From: Obrimoposthia wandeli
Taxonomy: Eukaryota
Direction of reading: 5' to 3'
DNA: 64,000 nucleotides
Assembly (NCBI GenBank): GCA_977020255.1
Contig: CDROCS010000506.1
Span: 434,001-498,000 of the forward strand
Under the pieces are notes generated by a model that saw nothing but the letters and a program-made list of their open reading frames with translations, was not told the DNA's origin and ran no database searches. Made by a program: the position numbers and the translations under genes. This document shows, piece after piece, positions 1-10,191 of the stretch (position 1 is its first letter; each line of letters starts with the position of its first letter).

Positions 1-240
1 ATCGGCTATCTGTAAATAAGCTAATTGACCAAGCTTGTCATTACGGGTCAGTTTTTTATCAAAATGTGCTTTATCAAAAGTCGAGTCTGCTACACGGCCG
101 ACATATTGTGGTTCAGCATTGGGCAAATCACTATCGAGTACCAGGCCGTCACGGCTTCCCTTTAATAGTCCAGCGGCAACCGCGGCTTTTGAATCACCGA
201 GTGCGCATACCACACCAAAATCTTTTAGACAGATACTCAC
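1..240 (-). CDS. apeO: Beta-ketoacyl-ACP synthase (ApeO-like), N-terminal part, runs off the window edge
   Basis: Manual translation from GTG at 240: MSICLKDFGVVCALGDSKAAVAAGLLKG...; the GxVxALG start is typical of KS enzymes. GTGA overlap with the stop of the upstream DUF3261 gene; position matches ape gene order. Confidence 0.8.
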   Translation of the reverse strand, partial: MSICLKDFGVVCALGDSKAAVAAGLLKGSRDGLVLDSDLPNAEPQYVGRVADSTFDKAHFDKKLTRNDKLGQLAYLQIAD

Positions 241-827
241 AATGACACCTTGGTTAATTCTGTTATTGTTATTTGATAATCGCGCAATAAATGCGTAAGG
301 ATATAGCGATTATCGAACTGCTCGACAGTCAAAATGACTTTTCCGTCTTGGCTTAACGTACGCGTCCAATCCGTTGGGGTTTGACCGACGTTATTCTTGA
401 ACTCTTGAGTAAATGAACCATTTGTCGCCAACTGTAATTGTGCAAACGGCCAATTAACCCACTGCAGATCGGCAATCACATAACTGATATCTAATCCCGG
501 TACTGGCACATATTGATTGATAACTGCGTCATCTTCAACGCTCCACAATACATCAAACAAGGGAATGCCAGAAGGCGTCATCGCCACCAGTTTAATCTGC
601 GTTTCGGTAAATTCCACCTGAGCTAATAAACTCTGCCTGTCACCGTTAAACTCAGCTTCAATTAACTGGGTTTTCGCCTGCATTTGTAATGCTTTTGGCG
701 GCGCGGTGAGCTGTAACGTCACATTCGGCGCCATGGTAACTAAATGACTTTGCGGCATGCTGATACAGCCTGTTAGTACTAACATTACCAATGCTAACAT
801 CGAGGTTCGTACGGCGCTTAATGTCAT
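237..827 (-). CDS. apeN: DUF3261 family lipoprotein (ApeN-like)
   Basis: Lipobox LTGC; lies between the MMPL exporter and KS as in ape clusters; ATGA overlap with the upstream gene. Confidence 0.8.
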   Translation of the reverse strand: MTLSAVRTSMLALVMLVLTGCISMPQSHLVTMAPNVTLQLTAPPKALQMQAKTQLIEAEFNGDRQSLLAQVEFTETQIKLVAMTPSGIPLFDVLWSVEDDAVINQYVPVPGLDISYVIADLQWVNWPFAQLQLATNGSFTQEFKNNVGQTPTDWTRTLSQDGKVILTVEQFDNRYILTHLLRDYQITITELTKVSL

Positions 828-3217
828 GTTTCAACCTCCATTTTTTTCGCACTCAGGGGAGCCAATAAAAACACCAATAAAATACCAAACATAACAGTTA
901 AACCAAAACTTTCTACCGCAGGTGTCACACTTAGCGCAAGTACGCCAAATACCAAGGCCGATGAGATAGCCGATAACGTAATCGCTAAAACGGTATTACG
1001 CTGTAAACCATGTTCTTGATAGAAGATCACATAGTCTATCGCCAAGGCAAGGATCAGCAGCACTGCTAACAAGTTAAAGATATTAAGATGGCCTAAGCTC
1101 AGCTGCGTTAATAACAACGCGCCACCAGCACTCAGTACAATGCTGAGCAAGCCCAATAACCCTTGCGTTAAACCAAAGCGTAAACACAAGACAATCGTCA
1201 CCACCAATATAGCGCCCGCAAACAGCAAGAATAACGCTTGGCGATAATGGCTTAATGCTGCCGTCACTTCCGCAGGTTTGTTATCGATGCTCATGTCTGC
1301 TTGTTCAACGATCCACTGCTGTAACTCGCTATTAAGCGCAACACCCGAGGTTTCGACCCAGAGTGCGTATTTATGCTCTTTTACATTGCTAGTGCCATCA
1401 TCCGTTTGATATTGATAAATGTATATTGATGAGAGCGCTTGTAGTGGTCCGGCATTAAATTCAGCCAATGTCAGCGGAACAAAGTCATCTACCGCATCAA
1501 CCAAGCCTAACGTGCCGAGTCCCAAAGCAAAGTCCTGTTGCTGTTCAGCTTGTTTCAATAAGGCATTATTACGCTGCTGCTTAGCAACTGATGGCAATAA
1601 ACTAGCCATGCTTTTCACTGTTAAATCTGGCTGTGTTGCTAACTGAGTTAATAAGCTTTCTTGGCGTTGCAACAAGGTTTCACTGTCATCAGCGCTAATA
1701 ACAATACGCTGGCTGTGTTGATACCCCATCAGCTTCGCCATGTTGATTTCGTTATCAATCAAAAATGCTGGGCTAGAATTAAGTAAGCGAATATCGTCAT
1801 TAAAATTAATATCATCGATAACCACTGCGCTGACTAAACCAACACTCAACACCGCAAATATAACGCGGCGTTGCTGATGTAAACGGCTTAACCACACATT
1901 CAGCTTGTCCGTTAAGATCCAAACACTTGGGGTGACGCTAATTTTGCCATTAAGGTTTAAATACGGTAGTAATAGCAACACAGTTAACAGTGCGCCCAAT
2001 AAACCGAAAATCATGAATACTGCAACTTGGCTCAGCAAGGATAATGGCGACATGATTAACGCCGCATAACCCAATGCTGTCGTGATAAAGCCTAAGCACA
2101 ACGCAGTACGAATCGATTTAATGCCGTCTTCGCTATTGTTATTGTTAGTGCTGAGGCTCACAAAAGCATGAAAGCAGTAATCAATAACAATACCAATTAA
2201 GGTCACAGCGAAAACTAACGTAAGTAGATGCAATTGATTGAATAAAGTAACGACCGCTGTTAAGCCATAAACCACCGAGATGGCTAATACCACCAAGGCT
2301 AAGTTAACCGGTTTAGCGCTGCGGAATACCGCTAAAATCATCAATAACACCGCGAGCAGTGAGATAACACCAAACGTCGACATTTCAAATTCAGCTTGCT
2401 GACTTGATTCGGCAGTATGAAACAATACCCCGCTATAAAGCACGTCAACATCAAACTGAGTCGCTAATGTCTTAAATTCAGTTTGTAATTGCTGCGAAAA
2501 AGCTTGAGTTTGTTTAACCGAGAAGCCATCTACAGCGACTTTAATTGGCATGATGTAATGTTTTGAGCCATTTTGGTTAACGACTATAATGCCCTGTTCT
2601 GTTTCAAACGATTGTAACTGCGCTAACCCTGTCGCTAAGAAGTCGGCCAAATTTAACCGTGGTGCAATCGCTAAACTGCCACTAACAAACGGATCACTAA
2701 CTTGGGTTAACTTACCCAACACAAAATTATTAATGGCTTGAGGCGCACTTAATGTCGCTGAAGCAGTGTCTGTCAATAAAGCTTGATAATCAGCGGTCAT
2801 CACGCTATCACGATACGGCTGATAGAAGGCGATAATGTCCTTGATATCCGGCACAGCCATGGCTTCGTTTTCAATGCCATCAAATGTGCTGATGGTTTTT
2901 GCTAATTGTTGATAAGCCGGTATGGCCTGTTCACCAGAAATAGCCACCAGCACACGCTGATTAGCTTGTTGAAACAATGCCGATTTAGCTTGCTGGATGT
3001 CGTGTTTTTGGCTGGCTTGCGCTTGGCTGTCATGAGGCAATAACGACAAGATATTAGTTTCTATTTGCCATTGACCCCAACCAAGTTGATAGCCCGCTAG
3101 CAGCAATACCGCGAGCAGTTGCAATAGGTACAACTTCAAACCACGTTTTTTTTGGCTGCTGTTACTGATCGTGCTAGTACTAGAGTTGCTCACGGATGGC
3201 CTTTGGCAGTTCAGCAA
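824..3217 (-). CDS. apeM: MMPL/RND-like exporter (ApeM-like)
   Basis: 797 aa with two hydrophobic TM bundles, GIVIDYCFH and ALAIDYVIF motifs; ape context. Confidence 0.88.
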   Translation of the reverse strand: MLNCQRPSVSNSSTSTISNSSQKKRGLKLYLLQLLAVLLLAGYQLGWGQWQIETNILSLLPHDSQAQASQKHDIQQAKSALFQQANQRVLVAISGEQAIPAYQQLAKTISTFDGIENEAMAVPDIKDIIAFYQPYRDSVMTADYQALLTDTASATLSAPQAINNFVLGKLTQVSDPFVSGSLAIAPRLNLADFLATGLAQLQSFETEQGIIVVNQNGSKHYIMPIKVAVDGFSVKQTQAFSQQLQTEFKTLATQFDVDVLYSGVLFHTAESSQQAEFEMSTFGVISLLAVLLMILAVFRSAKPVNLALVVLAISVVYGLTAVVTLFNQLHLLTLVFAVTLIGIVIDYCFHAFVSLSTNNNNSEDGIKSIRTALCLGFITTALGYAALIMSPLSLLSQVAVFMIFGLLGALLTVLLLLPYLNLNGKISVTPSVWILTDKLNVWLSRLHQQRRVIFAVLSVGLVSAVVIDDINFNDDIRLLNSSPAFLIDNEINMAKLMGYQHSQRIVISADDSETLLQRQESLLTQLATQPDLTVKSMASLLPSVAKQQRNNALLKQAEQQQDFALGLGTLGLVDAVDDFVPLTLAEFNAGPLQALSSIYIYQYQTDDGTSNVKEHKYALWVETSGVALNSELQQWIVEQADMSIDNKPAEVTAALSHYRQALFLLFAGAILVVTIVLCLRFGLTQGLLGLLSIVLSAGGALLLTQLSLGHLNIFNLLAVLLILALAIDYVIFYQEHGLQRNTVLAITLSAISSALVFGVLALSVTPAVESFGLTVMFGILLVFLLAPLSAKKMEVET

Positions 3218-3881
3218 CCGCAGTCAAACTAAGTTCAATCTCGGTACGATTACCGGATGTTTCAAACAGCACTAAATGCTCAACCGTATCACCGCCACAT
3301 AATTTAATAACGCGCATCACTTTAGCGATAGTGTCGTCTTTTGGCGTCAGTTCAATGCAGGTTTGGCTGGTAGCTGCCGTTTTTGTGGATGATACGTTTT
3401 TGGATAATGTTGCAGCTAGGCTAAATTGACTTTCTAATGCAGTCAGATCGCCCGACAAAGCACTCATGAGTACCGTCGCAATCGGTGTGGCATTATTGAT
3501 TTTAGTCTGCTGTTGGCGATGGTCTATGGCAAAAAGCCCATCATCTTTTAGGATCATGGTCGATGCAATCGGTTTACTGGTATGCCAAACAAACCCTAAG
3601 GCTTGATCTAAATACAGTTCACCCGTAGAAGTCACTGGATTGTTAAGCACAGTGAAATACTTGTTTTGCACAAACGTGCCACTGGCTATCGTCAACGGTT
3701 TAAACTGCGCTAATAAATCCAGGGGCGCAGCAGGCTGTGGTATTTGACCTGAGTTTGCAGTGCTAACATCATCACCAGCAAATACATTACCGGCCAACGA
3801 CATTAACAGCAGTAGTCGTAACCAACGGTATACCAAACTAGGCACCGAACTAGACATCCAGCGAGGCATCCAATTAGGCAT
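3180..3881 (-). CDS. apeL: LolA-like outer-membrane lipoprotein carrier (ApeL-like)
   Basis: Signal peptide, GTFVQNK..L..P..STG and WHTSKP LolA-type motifs; ape context. Confidence 0.82.
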   Translation of the reverse strand: MPNWMPRWMSSSVPSLVYRWLRLLLLMSLAGNVFAGDDVSTANSGQIPQPAAPLDLLAQFKPLTIASGTFVQNKYFTVLNNPVTSTGELYLDQALGFVWHTSKPIASTMILKDDGLFAIDHRQQQTKINNATPIATVLMSALSGDLTALESQFSLAATLSKNVSSTKTAATSQTCIELTPKDDTIAKVMRVIKLCGGDTVEHLVLFETSGNRTEIELSLTAVAELPKAIREQL

Positions 3882-4302
3882 TCAATTCACCGTGCAGTTT
3901 GTCAGTAAAAGCAGCTGGTGTGACGTATTGTAGTTCTTGGGTTTCTAAGTCTACGGCTAACTGGATCGTGGATGCTTTGGTTAACTTCTTACCCGTCTCT
4001 AAACAAGTAACTATGTATTCCATTTTCAGTCTTGATTCCACTTCAACCAAGTGCGCATCAACTTTAATCTTCTGAGCATAACGCGCAGACGCAATATACT
4101 TCACTCGCATATCGACAATCGGCCACATGTAACCTGATTTACTCATATCTTCATAATCGTAATTCATTTTACGTAATAGCGCACTGCGCGCTACTTCAAA
4201 GTAACGGGCATAATTACCGTGCCAGACAACATTCATCGGATCGCAATCATGAAACGGTACATCAATAATAACGGATTCTGATAATAAACTGTTTTTACTC
4301 AT
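3874..4302 (-). CDS. apeK: Acyl-CoA/ACP thioesterase, hot-dog fold (ApeK-like)
   Basis: FHDCDPMNVVWHGNYARYFEVAR, the 4HBT/YbgC family signature. Confidence 0.9.
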   Translation of the reverse strand: MSKNSLLSESVIIDVPFHDCDPMNVVWHGNYARYFEVARSALLRKMNYDYEDMSKSGYMWPIVDMRVKYIASARYAQKIKVDAHLVEVESRLKMEYIVTCLETGKKLTKASTIQLAVDLETQELQYVTPAAFTDKLHGELNA

Positions 4303-4385
4303 TTTATTCTACTTCCTTATGCATACGATCGTGTTGTCGGCCTTGGTGATCTTATTGCCTATTGCGCTTACAGCTCTTACCGCTT

Positions 4386-5933
4386 TTATTGATAGAGCGC
4401 CCAACGTTGGGTTTGGATCGCATCAATGGTAAAGCGTAATAGGCTTTCCATTGGTCGGTCTTCTACTAACGGTTCAAAGAAGCTGCAAATGTCGTTATAC
4501 ATGTCTTGAACTGCTGTTGGTAAGCTGGTTAAGTCTAATTCTTGACGTTCAATACGAATACGTAAACCTTGTACTGTCGCCAACAATGTCGTTGCCAACA
4601 CTTGCTCGGTCAACTGTAAAACCCGCATTGCATCACGTGAAGCGATTGTGCCCATGCTGACTTTGTCTTGGTTATGACATTCGGTAGAACGTGAGAACAC
4701 ACTCGCTGGCATGGTTTGTTTTAATGCTTCGGCTGTATAAGCTGACGCGCCAATCTGCATGGCTTTGAAGCCGTGGTTAATGTAACGACGTTCTTCACTG
4801 CTCATGGATAAGTTGGATGGTAAGCCGTTATTGTATTTAGTATCAACCAACGAGGCTAATTGACGATCGGCAAGATCGGCTAAGTTAGCCACCGCTGTTT
4901 TCATGCTGTCCATTGCCATAGCGATATGACCACCGTAGAAATGTCCACCGTGTAGTACGTGCTCACCTTGACCATCAATAATCGGGTTATCGTTAGCAGA
5001 GTTCAGCTCGTTCTCAATCATTTGACGGAAGAACGGCAGTGAATCTTGTAGCACGCCAATCACATGTGGTGCACAACGAATCGAATAACGGTCTTGTAAG
5101 CGGTCGGCATTACGCGGATGTTCTGCATGGTTTAAATCATTACGGATCCAAGTTGCCACTTGTTGCTGGCCTGGATGCGGTTTCACCGAGAATAAGATCT
5201 CATCGAAATGATGGCTATTACCTTGGATAGACAGACTCGCCATCGCGGTAATACGCGCTGCAAGTTTAGTAGCATAACTGGCGCGATCAAATGCCAAACA
5301 AGCAATTGCTGTCATTACCGCAGTGCCGTTCATGATTGCTAACCCTTCTTTCGGTCGCAATACCAAAGGTGTTAAACCCACCTCACGCATGACTTCACCA
5401 CTGTTACGGATCTTGTCTTGGTAATACACATCACGTTCGCCAATTAATGCGCCAGCGACATAAGAAAGCGGGGTTAAATCACCACTTGCGCCTACTGAGC
5501 CTTCCTGTGGGATCGCCGGAATAATATCGTGTTCTAGATAAGCTGCTAATAAATGCAACATTTCCCAACTTACGCCAGAATAACCTTGTGCTAACGAAGT
5601 AAGACGCGTCGCTAACACGGCGCGGCCTTCAGCAACACTGAATAACTGACCTAAACCACAACCGTGAAAACGGGTAAGATGTAATGGCAGTTCATGGACT
5701 AAATTAAGCGGTACTTTAACGGTAACTGAATCGCCATAACCTGTGGTCACACCATAAATAACGCCGTCTTCTTTTAATAGACTGTCTAAGAAGGCTAGCG
5801 CTGAATCAATCTTATTGGTTAATTCCGGCGCGTTACTGATACTGACATGTTTTTCTTGCTTTGCGATTGCAACGATATCTTCAATTGTTAAACGTGATTC
5901 GCCAAACTTAATTGTTTCTTTCATGTTAGCCAC
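4386..5933 (-). CDS. MIO-dependent aromatic amino acid ammonia-lyase (HAL/PAL/TAL family)
   Basis: IYGVTTGYG, GSVGASGDL (MIO-forming ASG), KEGLAIMNGT, QDRYSIRC and NQDKVSMG motifs. Confidence 0.93.
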   Translation of the reverse strand: MANMKETIKFGESRLTIEDIVAIAKQEKHVSISNAPELTNKIDSALAFLDSLLKEDGVIYGVTTGYGDSVTVKVPLNLVHELPLHLTRFHGCGLGQLFSVAEGRAVLATRLTSLAQGYSGVSWEMLHLLAAYLEHDIIPAIPQEGSVGASGDLTPLSYVAGALIGERDVYYQDKIRNSGEVMREVGLTPLVLRPKEGLAIMNGTAVMTAIACLAFDRASYATKLAARITAMASLSIQGNSHHFDEILFSVKPHPGQQQVATWIRNDLNHAEHPRNADRLQDRYSIRCAPHVIGVLQDSLPFFRQMIENELNSANDNPIIDGQGEHVLHGGHFYGGHIAMAMDSMKTAVANLADLADRQLASLVDTKYNNGLPSNLSMSSEERRYINHGFKAMQIGASAYTAEALKQTMPASVFSRSTECHNQDKVSMGTIASRDAMRVLQLTEQVLATTLLATVQGLRIRIERQELDLTSLPTAVQDMYNDICSFFEPLVEDRPMESLLRFTIDAIQTQRWALYQ

Positions 5934-6890
5934 TTACTTCTCCAAACTGTGCTTACGGTCGACTTTATGGTCTTCTTGCCAAAAATCAAAAAAGTTAAAC
6001 CATTGATACGGGTATTGCAGGCAAAAGTGTTCTAACCTTTGTGCATATTGATTAATTAATTCGCCTATCTCGGCTTGTCTGGTTTTACGGGCAAACTTTA
6101 ATTGGTCTGCCACATGTTCGAAAATCAGATTATATTTTTCGCCGTCTTTTAAACAAAACAGGTAATACACAGGACATTCTAGCAATGACGCTAAAATAAA
6201 TGGCCCTTGTGAGAACGGTGCTTGCTGACCCAGAAAGTCGGCATAAACCACGCGACCTGGGCTTGTGGTGCTCGTTCGATCACCAACAATAACCACTTTT
6301 TCACCTGCTTCAACACGTTGCTTTAACAAGATAGCGAGATCAACACCAACGTCTTTTACTTGAATAAAATTGACGTTCACATTGGGGTTAATCTTTTGCA
6401 TTATCTTATTAAATTCAACTGCGTGATGGGTAAATACCAAGACATTAATACGGGTCTTATATTTACCGACACTTAAGGTTCGGCATACTTCTAAATTACC
6501 CAGATGCGAGCCAATAAATACCGCGCCCTGCTCTTCTTCAAGTAGTCTTCTAAATTTATCATCATAGTTATAATTAACTTGATCCATGGTGATCTTGCCA
6601 GTCCAAGCATCGATCTTATCAAATGCACCTTGCGCAAATGTATAGAAATGCTTGATGCCTTCTCGATGACCCGGTCGCTTAGCCCAACCTTTACGCTCAG
6701 CAATTTTGCCTAAATAATTTAATGATGCTTTTTTGCTTTCACCACCAGTGAAATACAAGTACACAATCACCGGGTAAAGAATAATCGACAAACCTTTACG
6801 GCCTAAAATTGCATAGCAAAACAGCAATATTTTCATGCCTAGAAAAGTACCGCGTTCTTGCATTTTTGACCAATGAACTGTGGTTGTCAT
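5934..6890 (-). CDS. LpxL/HtrB-like acyltransferase (C-terminal half of ApeJ-type protein)
   Basis: HWSKMQERG, GSHLGNLEVCR, VGDRT, QWFNFFDFW motifs. Confidence 0.85.
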   Translation of the reverse strand: MTTTVHWSKMQERGTFLGMKILLFCYAILGRKGLSIILYPVIVYLYFTGGESKKASLNYLGKIAERKGWAKRPGHREGIKHFYTFAQGAFDKIDAWTGKITMDQVNYNYDDKFRRLLEEEQGAVFIGSHLGNLEVCRTLSVGKYKTRINVLVFTHHAVEFNKIMQKINPNVNVNFIQVKDVGVDLAILLKQRVEAGEKVVIVGDRTSTTSPGRVVYADFLGQQAPFSQGPFILASLLECPVYYLFCLKDGEKYNLIFEHVADQLKFARKTRQAEIGELINQYAQRLEHFCLQYPYQWFNFFDFWQEDHKVDRKHSLEK

Positions 6891-6915
6891 ATCGTACTAT
6901 TTCCTAAATAAAGTC

Positions 6916-7659
6916 CTAAGAAAAGTTTTTCAGTTTACGTAATAATAACTGCGGTAAGCGTTTTAACATGCCAAATACCAGACGGGTATGCATCCATGAA
7001 ATCGCCACGTTGTCTTCCCATAAGCGGAAATGTGACACGCCATTTTCAGGATAATTCACTTTAGTCGGTAAGAAAGTGGTTGTTACGCCATCCCAATATA
7101 AGCGCACCATAATTTCGGTATCAAACGCCATGTATTCGCCAATATTATTATTTTTAGCTAACAGCCCTAAGGTCTCAGCCAGTGGGTAAACACGAAAACC
7201 ACACATGGTATCTTTGATATCAAATGACAGTGTTTCAATCCATACCCAAACATGGGTTAAGTATCGCGCGTAATAACGGTGCTTAGGGACTGATTCATTA
7301 TAAATAGGTTGACCGCTGATCAGTGTATGAGGTTGCGCTTGTGATAATGCCACCAGTTTAGTGATGTCGGTAATATCATGTTGACCGTCGGCATCGACTT
7401 GGATCGCATGACTGTAACCCAAACCATTAGCGTATTTTAATCCTGTTTGTACCGCTGCACCTTTGCCTTGATTGTGGCTATGAGATACTAACGTTACATA
7501 ACTGTACTTATCCGCTAAGGTTTGCATAAATGCGGCGCTGTCAGCATCACTGCCATCATTTACCATGATCACAGGTAAGTTATATTCAGCTAAATCGCCT
7601 AACAGTTTATCAATCACCACAGTGTGGTTATAATTCGGAATGACAATACAATAACTCAC
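6916..7659 (-). CDS. Glycosyltransferase family 2 (N-terminal half of ApeJ-type protein)
   Basis: IVIPNYNH, VNDGS, GKGAA, QVDADGQH (DxD), DTMCGFRVYP motifs. Confidence 0.9.
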   Translation of the reverse strand: MSYCIVIPNYNHTVVIDKLLGDLAEYNLPVIMVNDGSDADSAAFMQTLADKYSYVTLVSHSHNQGKGAAVQTGLKYANGLGYSHAIQVDADGQHDITDITKLVALSQAQPHTLISGQPIYNESVPKHRYYARYLTHVWVWIETLSFDIKDTMCGFRVYPLAETLGLLAKNNNIGEYMAFDTEIMVRLYWDGVTTTFLPTKVNYPENGVSHFRLWEDNVAISWMHTRLVFGMLKRLPQLLLRKLKNFS

Positions 7660-8072
7660 GCCTCACCCGCCTTACTGCCTGCTGATATATTAATTGACTC
7701 AGCGGCGGCAAAAATAAGGCGACCAGATGAATGGGATTTCACATCACCGTTCTGCATTGTCGACTGATAACTGAATAGCACTTTCTCGGCGGATTTTTTA
7801 GTCAGTGTAAGCACGACTTCATGACCCGGTAAGATCATTTCCTGAAACTTAAGCACTTGTATATCCATCACATCCGTTGGGGCAATGTCTAAATATTGTT
7901 GTGCGAATTCAGCTGCCCAGTGTAGCTGCACTACACCCGCTAAGATTGGTGCTTGATCGAAGTGACCTTTAAAGTAATCCAGATCTGTCGGGATGTGTAA
8001 GGCTAATACCGCGCAGTCATCGCTTAGCACTTCATTCAGGATCCTTGCATCCACTTTCACTAATTCAGTCAA
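7656..8072 (-). CDS. apeI: ApeI-like dehydratase
   Basis: YFKGHF..APILAGVVQLHWA and KFQ..ILPG, FabA/FabZ-like. Confidence 0.85.
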   Translation of the reverse strand: MTELVKVDARILNEVLSDDCAVLALHIPTDLDYFKGHFDQAPILAGVVQLHWAAEFAQQYLDIAPTDVMDIQVLKFQEMILPGHEVVLTLTKKSAEKVLFSYQSTMQNGDVKSHSSGRLIFAAAESINISAGSKAGEA

Positions 8073-9525
8073 ACAATTTCTCCAATTCTTTAATCACTAA
8101 TTTACCTTGAGAATTAAACGGCATAAGTGCTGGATAACGCCATTTCTTAGGTAAACAGATACGTTCAAATTCACCGAGTAAATGCTGTTTTAAGCGATCA
8201 TTTAATAATTTTTTACTTTGTTGCTGCAGCAAGGCTTGCCCTGCTTCGGTCAATTCAATAACGGCTGCTAATACTTGTTTTTTCTCGCCATCAAGGACTA
8301 TCACTCGCACTTCATTAACCAATTCATGCTGCTGTAAACAACGTTCCATATGGTCGAGGTTAATGCGTTTTTCTTCATGTTTAATGGTGCGGTCAGCGCG
8401 GCCTAACATAGTAAAATGTTGGTCATCAATACGCTCGACGCGATCTTCGGTAACGTAATCATCACCGACAATATACGGCGATGTTAATACCAACTGCGCC
8501 GTTTCAGCCATCACTCGATAACTGATATCAGGGAAAATACGCCATGCACTTGGGCTTGACTCCTGACACTGTCGCCATGCAATCCCACCCGTTTCGGTAC
8601 TACCAAAGACTTCGATGGGCGCTTGTCCTAACTGGCTAAATAACAGCTGCGCTACTGTAAACGGTAATGGTCCGCCCGAACTAAACACACCTTGTAATTG
8701 CGCTTTGTTCGCCATCAATACATTGTCTAAACTCAGGCGTTTAAGGTGCGCAGGACTAGAGATTAATAATGCCGTTTGCTTGCTGTTATCAGTGACGTTT
8801 TTATCTATATCTTGATCTTGTTCTTCATCTAACCCTTGTGTCAAACACTGGCTAATATGTTCAGGGTATTCAAAGGTATCATTAACAATGGCTAAGCCAG
8901 ATTTCAACGGTAGAAACAGTTTAAATAACAGCCCGTAGATATGCTGATGAGAAACGGTACTCACGAGTAATTGCGTTGCAGCTAAACGTGCCTTGAAGGT
9001 TTTAATCAGTACATCGACTTCGCAGTTAAGCTGACTAAACTGTTTCACAATCGGTTTATGTTGCCCTGTCGAGCCCGAGGTGAAAAAGGTAATTTGACAA
9101 TCTAATGGCGTAAACAGATCCGCTCTACTTGATAATACATCAACCGGTACATCTGAATCATTGTTGCTGGTATGACTGCCATTACGGCTATTACTATAAC
9201 TAGAGGTCGCACCATTAGTATCAATCGCATCAAGACCATCGACCTTGATATCACCTAAGGTAGCCTGACATTGCCCCGCGATATGCATGAGCGTTTGCTG
9301 CTGTGCATTCGGTGGCATGACAATGTGACGACCTTCGAGTGCTAAGGCAAAAAAGCCCACCGCAAAGTCATAACTTGATTGATGAAACAGCAATACACTG
9401 TCAGCATCACTTTGCACGATACCGAAACGAGCATGATTAATATCAGCACTAAACTGCTTAAAACTCACAGCGCGTTCATTGATATAAAAACAAATGTCTC
9501 GCTGGTTTAACGCTGGTTTAGTCAT
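8065..9525 (-). CDS. apeH: Acyl-AMP ligase / acyl-ACP synthetase (ApeH-like)
   Basis: FTSGSTG P-loop, STVSHQHIYG, SSGGPL, EVFGSTETGG, GRADR adenylation motifs. Confidence 0.9.
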   Translation of the reverse strand: MTKPALNQRDICFYINERAVSFKQFSADINHARFGIVQSDADSVLLFHQSSYDFAVGFFALALEGRHIVMPPNAQQQTLMHIAGQCQATLGDIKVDGLDAIDTNGATSSYSNSRNGSHTSNNDSDVPVDVLSSRADLFTPLDCQITFFTSGSTGQHKPIVKQFSQLNCEVDVLIKTFKARLAATQLLVSTVSHQHIYGLLFKLFLPLKSGLAIVNDTFEYPEHISQCLTQGLDEEQDQDIDKNVTDNSKQTALLISSPAHLKRLSLDNVLMANKAQLQGVFSSGGPLPFTVAQLLFSQLGQAPIEVFGSTETGGIAWRQCQESSPSAWRIFPDISYRVMAETAQLVLTSPYIVGDDYVTEDRVERIDDQHFTMLGRADRTIKHEEKRINLDHMERCLQQHELVNEVRVIVLDGEKKQVLAAVIELTEAGQALLQQQSKKLLNDRLKQHLLGEFERICLPKKWRYPALMPFNSQGKLVIKELEKLFD

Positions 9526-10120
9526 TACTTACACTTCCTTTCTGCAGGCTTTCAAGTTGCGCAGCTCGGCGCTGTACAAACAAGCGCACGATAAACTCAA
9601 TACCAGCTAAACTGCCAATCAAAATATAAGCAATAAAACCGTTGTACAGTGTCCACACTTTGAAGCTGCTATACAGCGCGGTATACAATGAAATACTGGC
9701 GTTAATGATGAAAAAACCACACCACACCAAGGTCACTTTACGGATGTAACTCAATGCATGATCGGGTAAGTTGGGATCTTGTAGACGCGCGAAAGTTTCA
9801 ATCACAGTAGGTGGTTTCAGGTAAGAATAAGCAAATACCACCAGCATGGCAAAGTTGACCATCAACGGATACAACTTAAAACCAATCACTGAATCTGTGA
9901 ATAACGAGGTGACAATTGCTAAGCCCCCTAACGCGGTTGCAGGCAATAACCAGGGCATTTTATTTAATACCCCACGCAACATCACTAAGCGCGATAGCAA
10001 CAAGGTTAATAAACCCAGCGCAAGCCAAAAAGGACTCACATAATTGAGTCCTAAATAAACCGCAAAGGGATACAGCAATAAGCATAATCCCAACAGCACC
10101 GTCACTACTTTCTTTAGCAT
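9518..10120 (-). CDS. apeG: COG4648-type membrane protein (ApeG-like)
   Basis: Multi-TM protein with KLYP..VN, F.YS...PPT.IE.FAR and WTLYNG motifs; directly downstream of the two ACPs. Confidence 0.82.
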   Translation of the reverse strand: MLKKVVTVLLGLCLLLYPFAVYLGLNYVSPFWLALGLLTLLLSRLVMLRGVLNKMPWLLPATALGGLAIVTSLFTDSVIGFKLYPLMVNFAMLVVFAYSYLKPPTVIETFARLQDPNLPDHALSYIRKVTLVWCGFFIINASISLYTALYSSFKVWTLYNGFIAYILIGSLAGIEFIVRLFVQRRAAQLESLQKGSVSND

Positions 10121-10191
10121 TGTATTTTCAACATCATTTTAATACATAGTTTTTCAACATGTTATGTCTTGATTAACTAAGCAGATCGTGA

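Noticed and set aside
35-298. 87-aa plus-strand ORF
   Set aside because: Antisense shadow of the ketosynthase N-terminus (1-240, minus), which the ORF track missed because it runs off the edge.
4386-5933. hutH of a histidine utilisation operon
   Set aside because: No hutU, hutI or hutG nearby; embedded in the ape operon and lacks the Ser-His pair.
9518-10120. DNA gyrase subunit B (a frequent misannotation of this family)
   Set aside because: 200-aa polytopic membrane protein with no GHKL or TOPRIM motifs.
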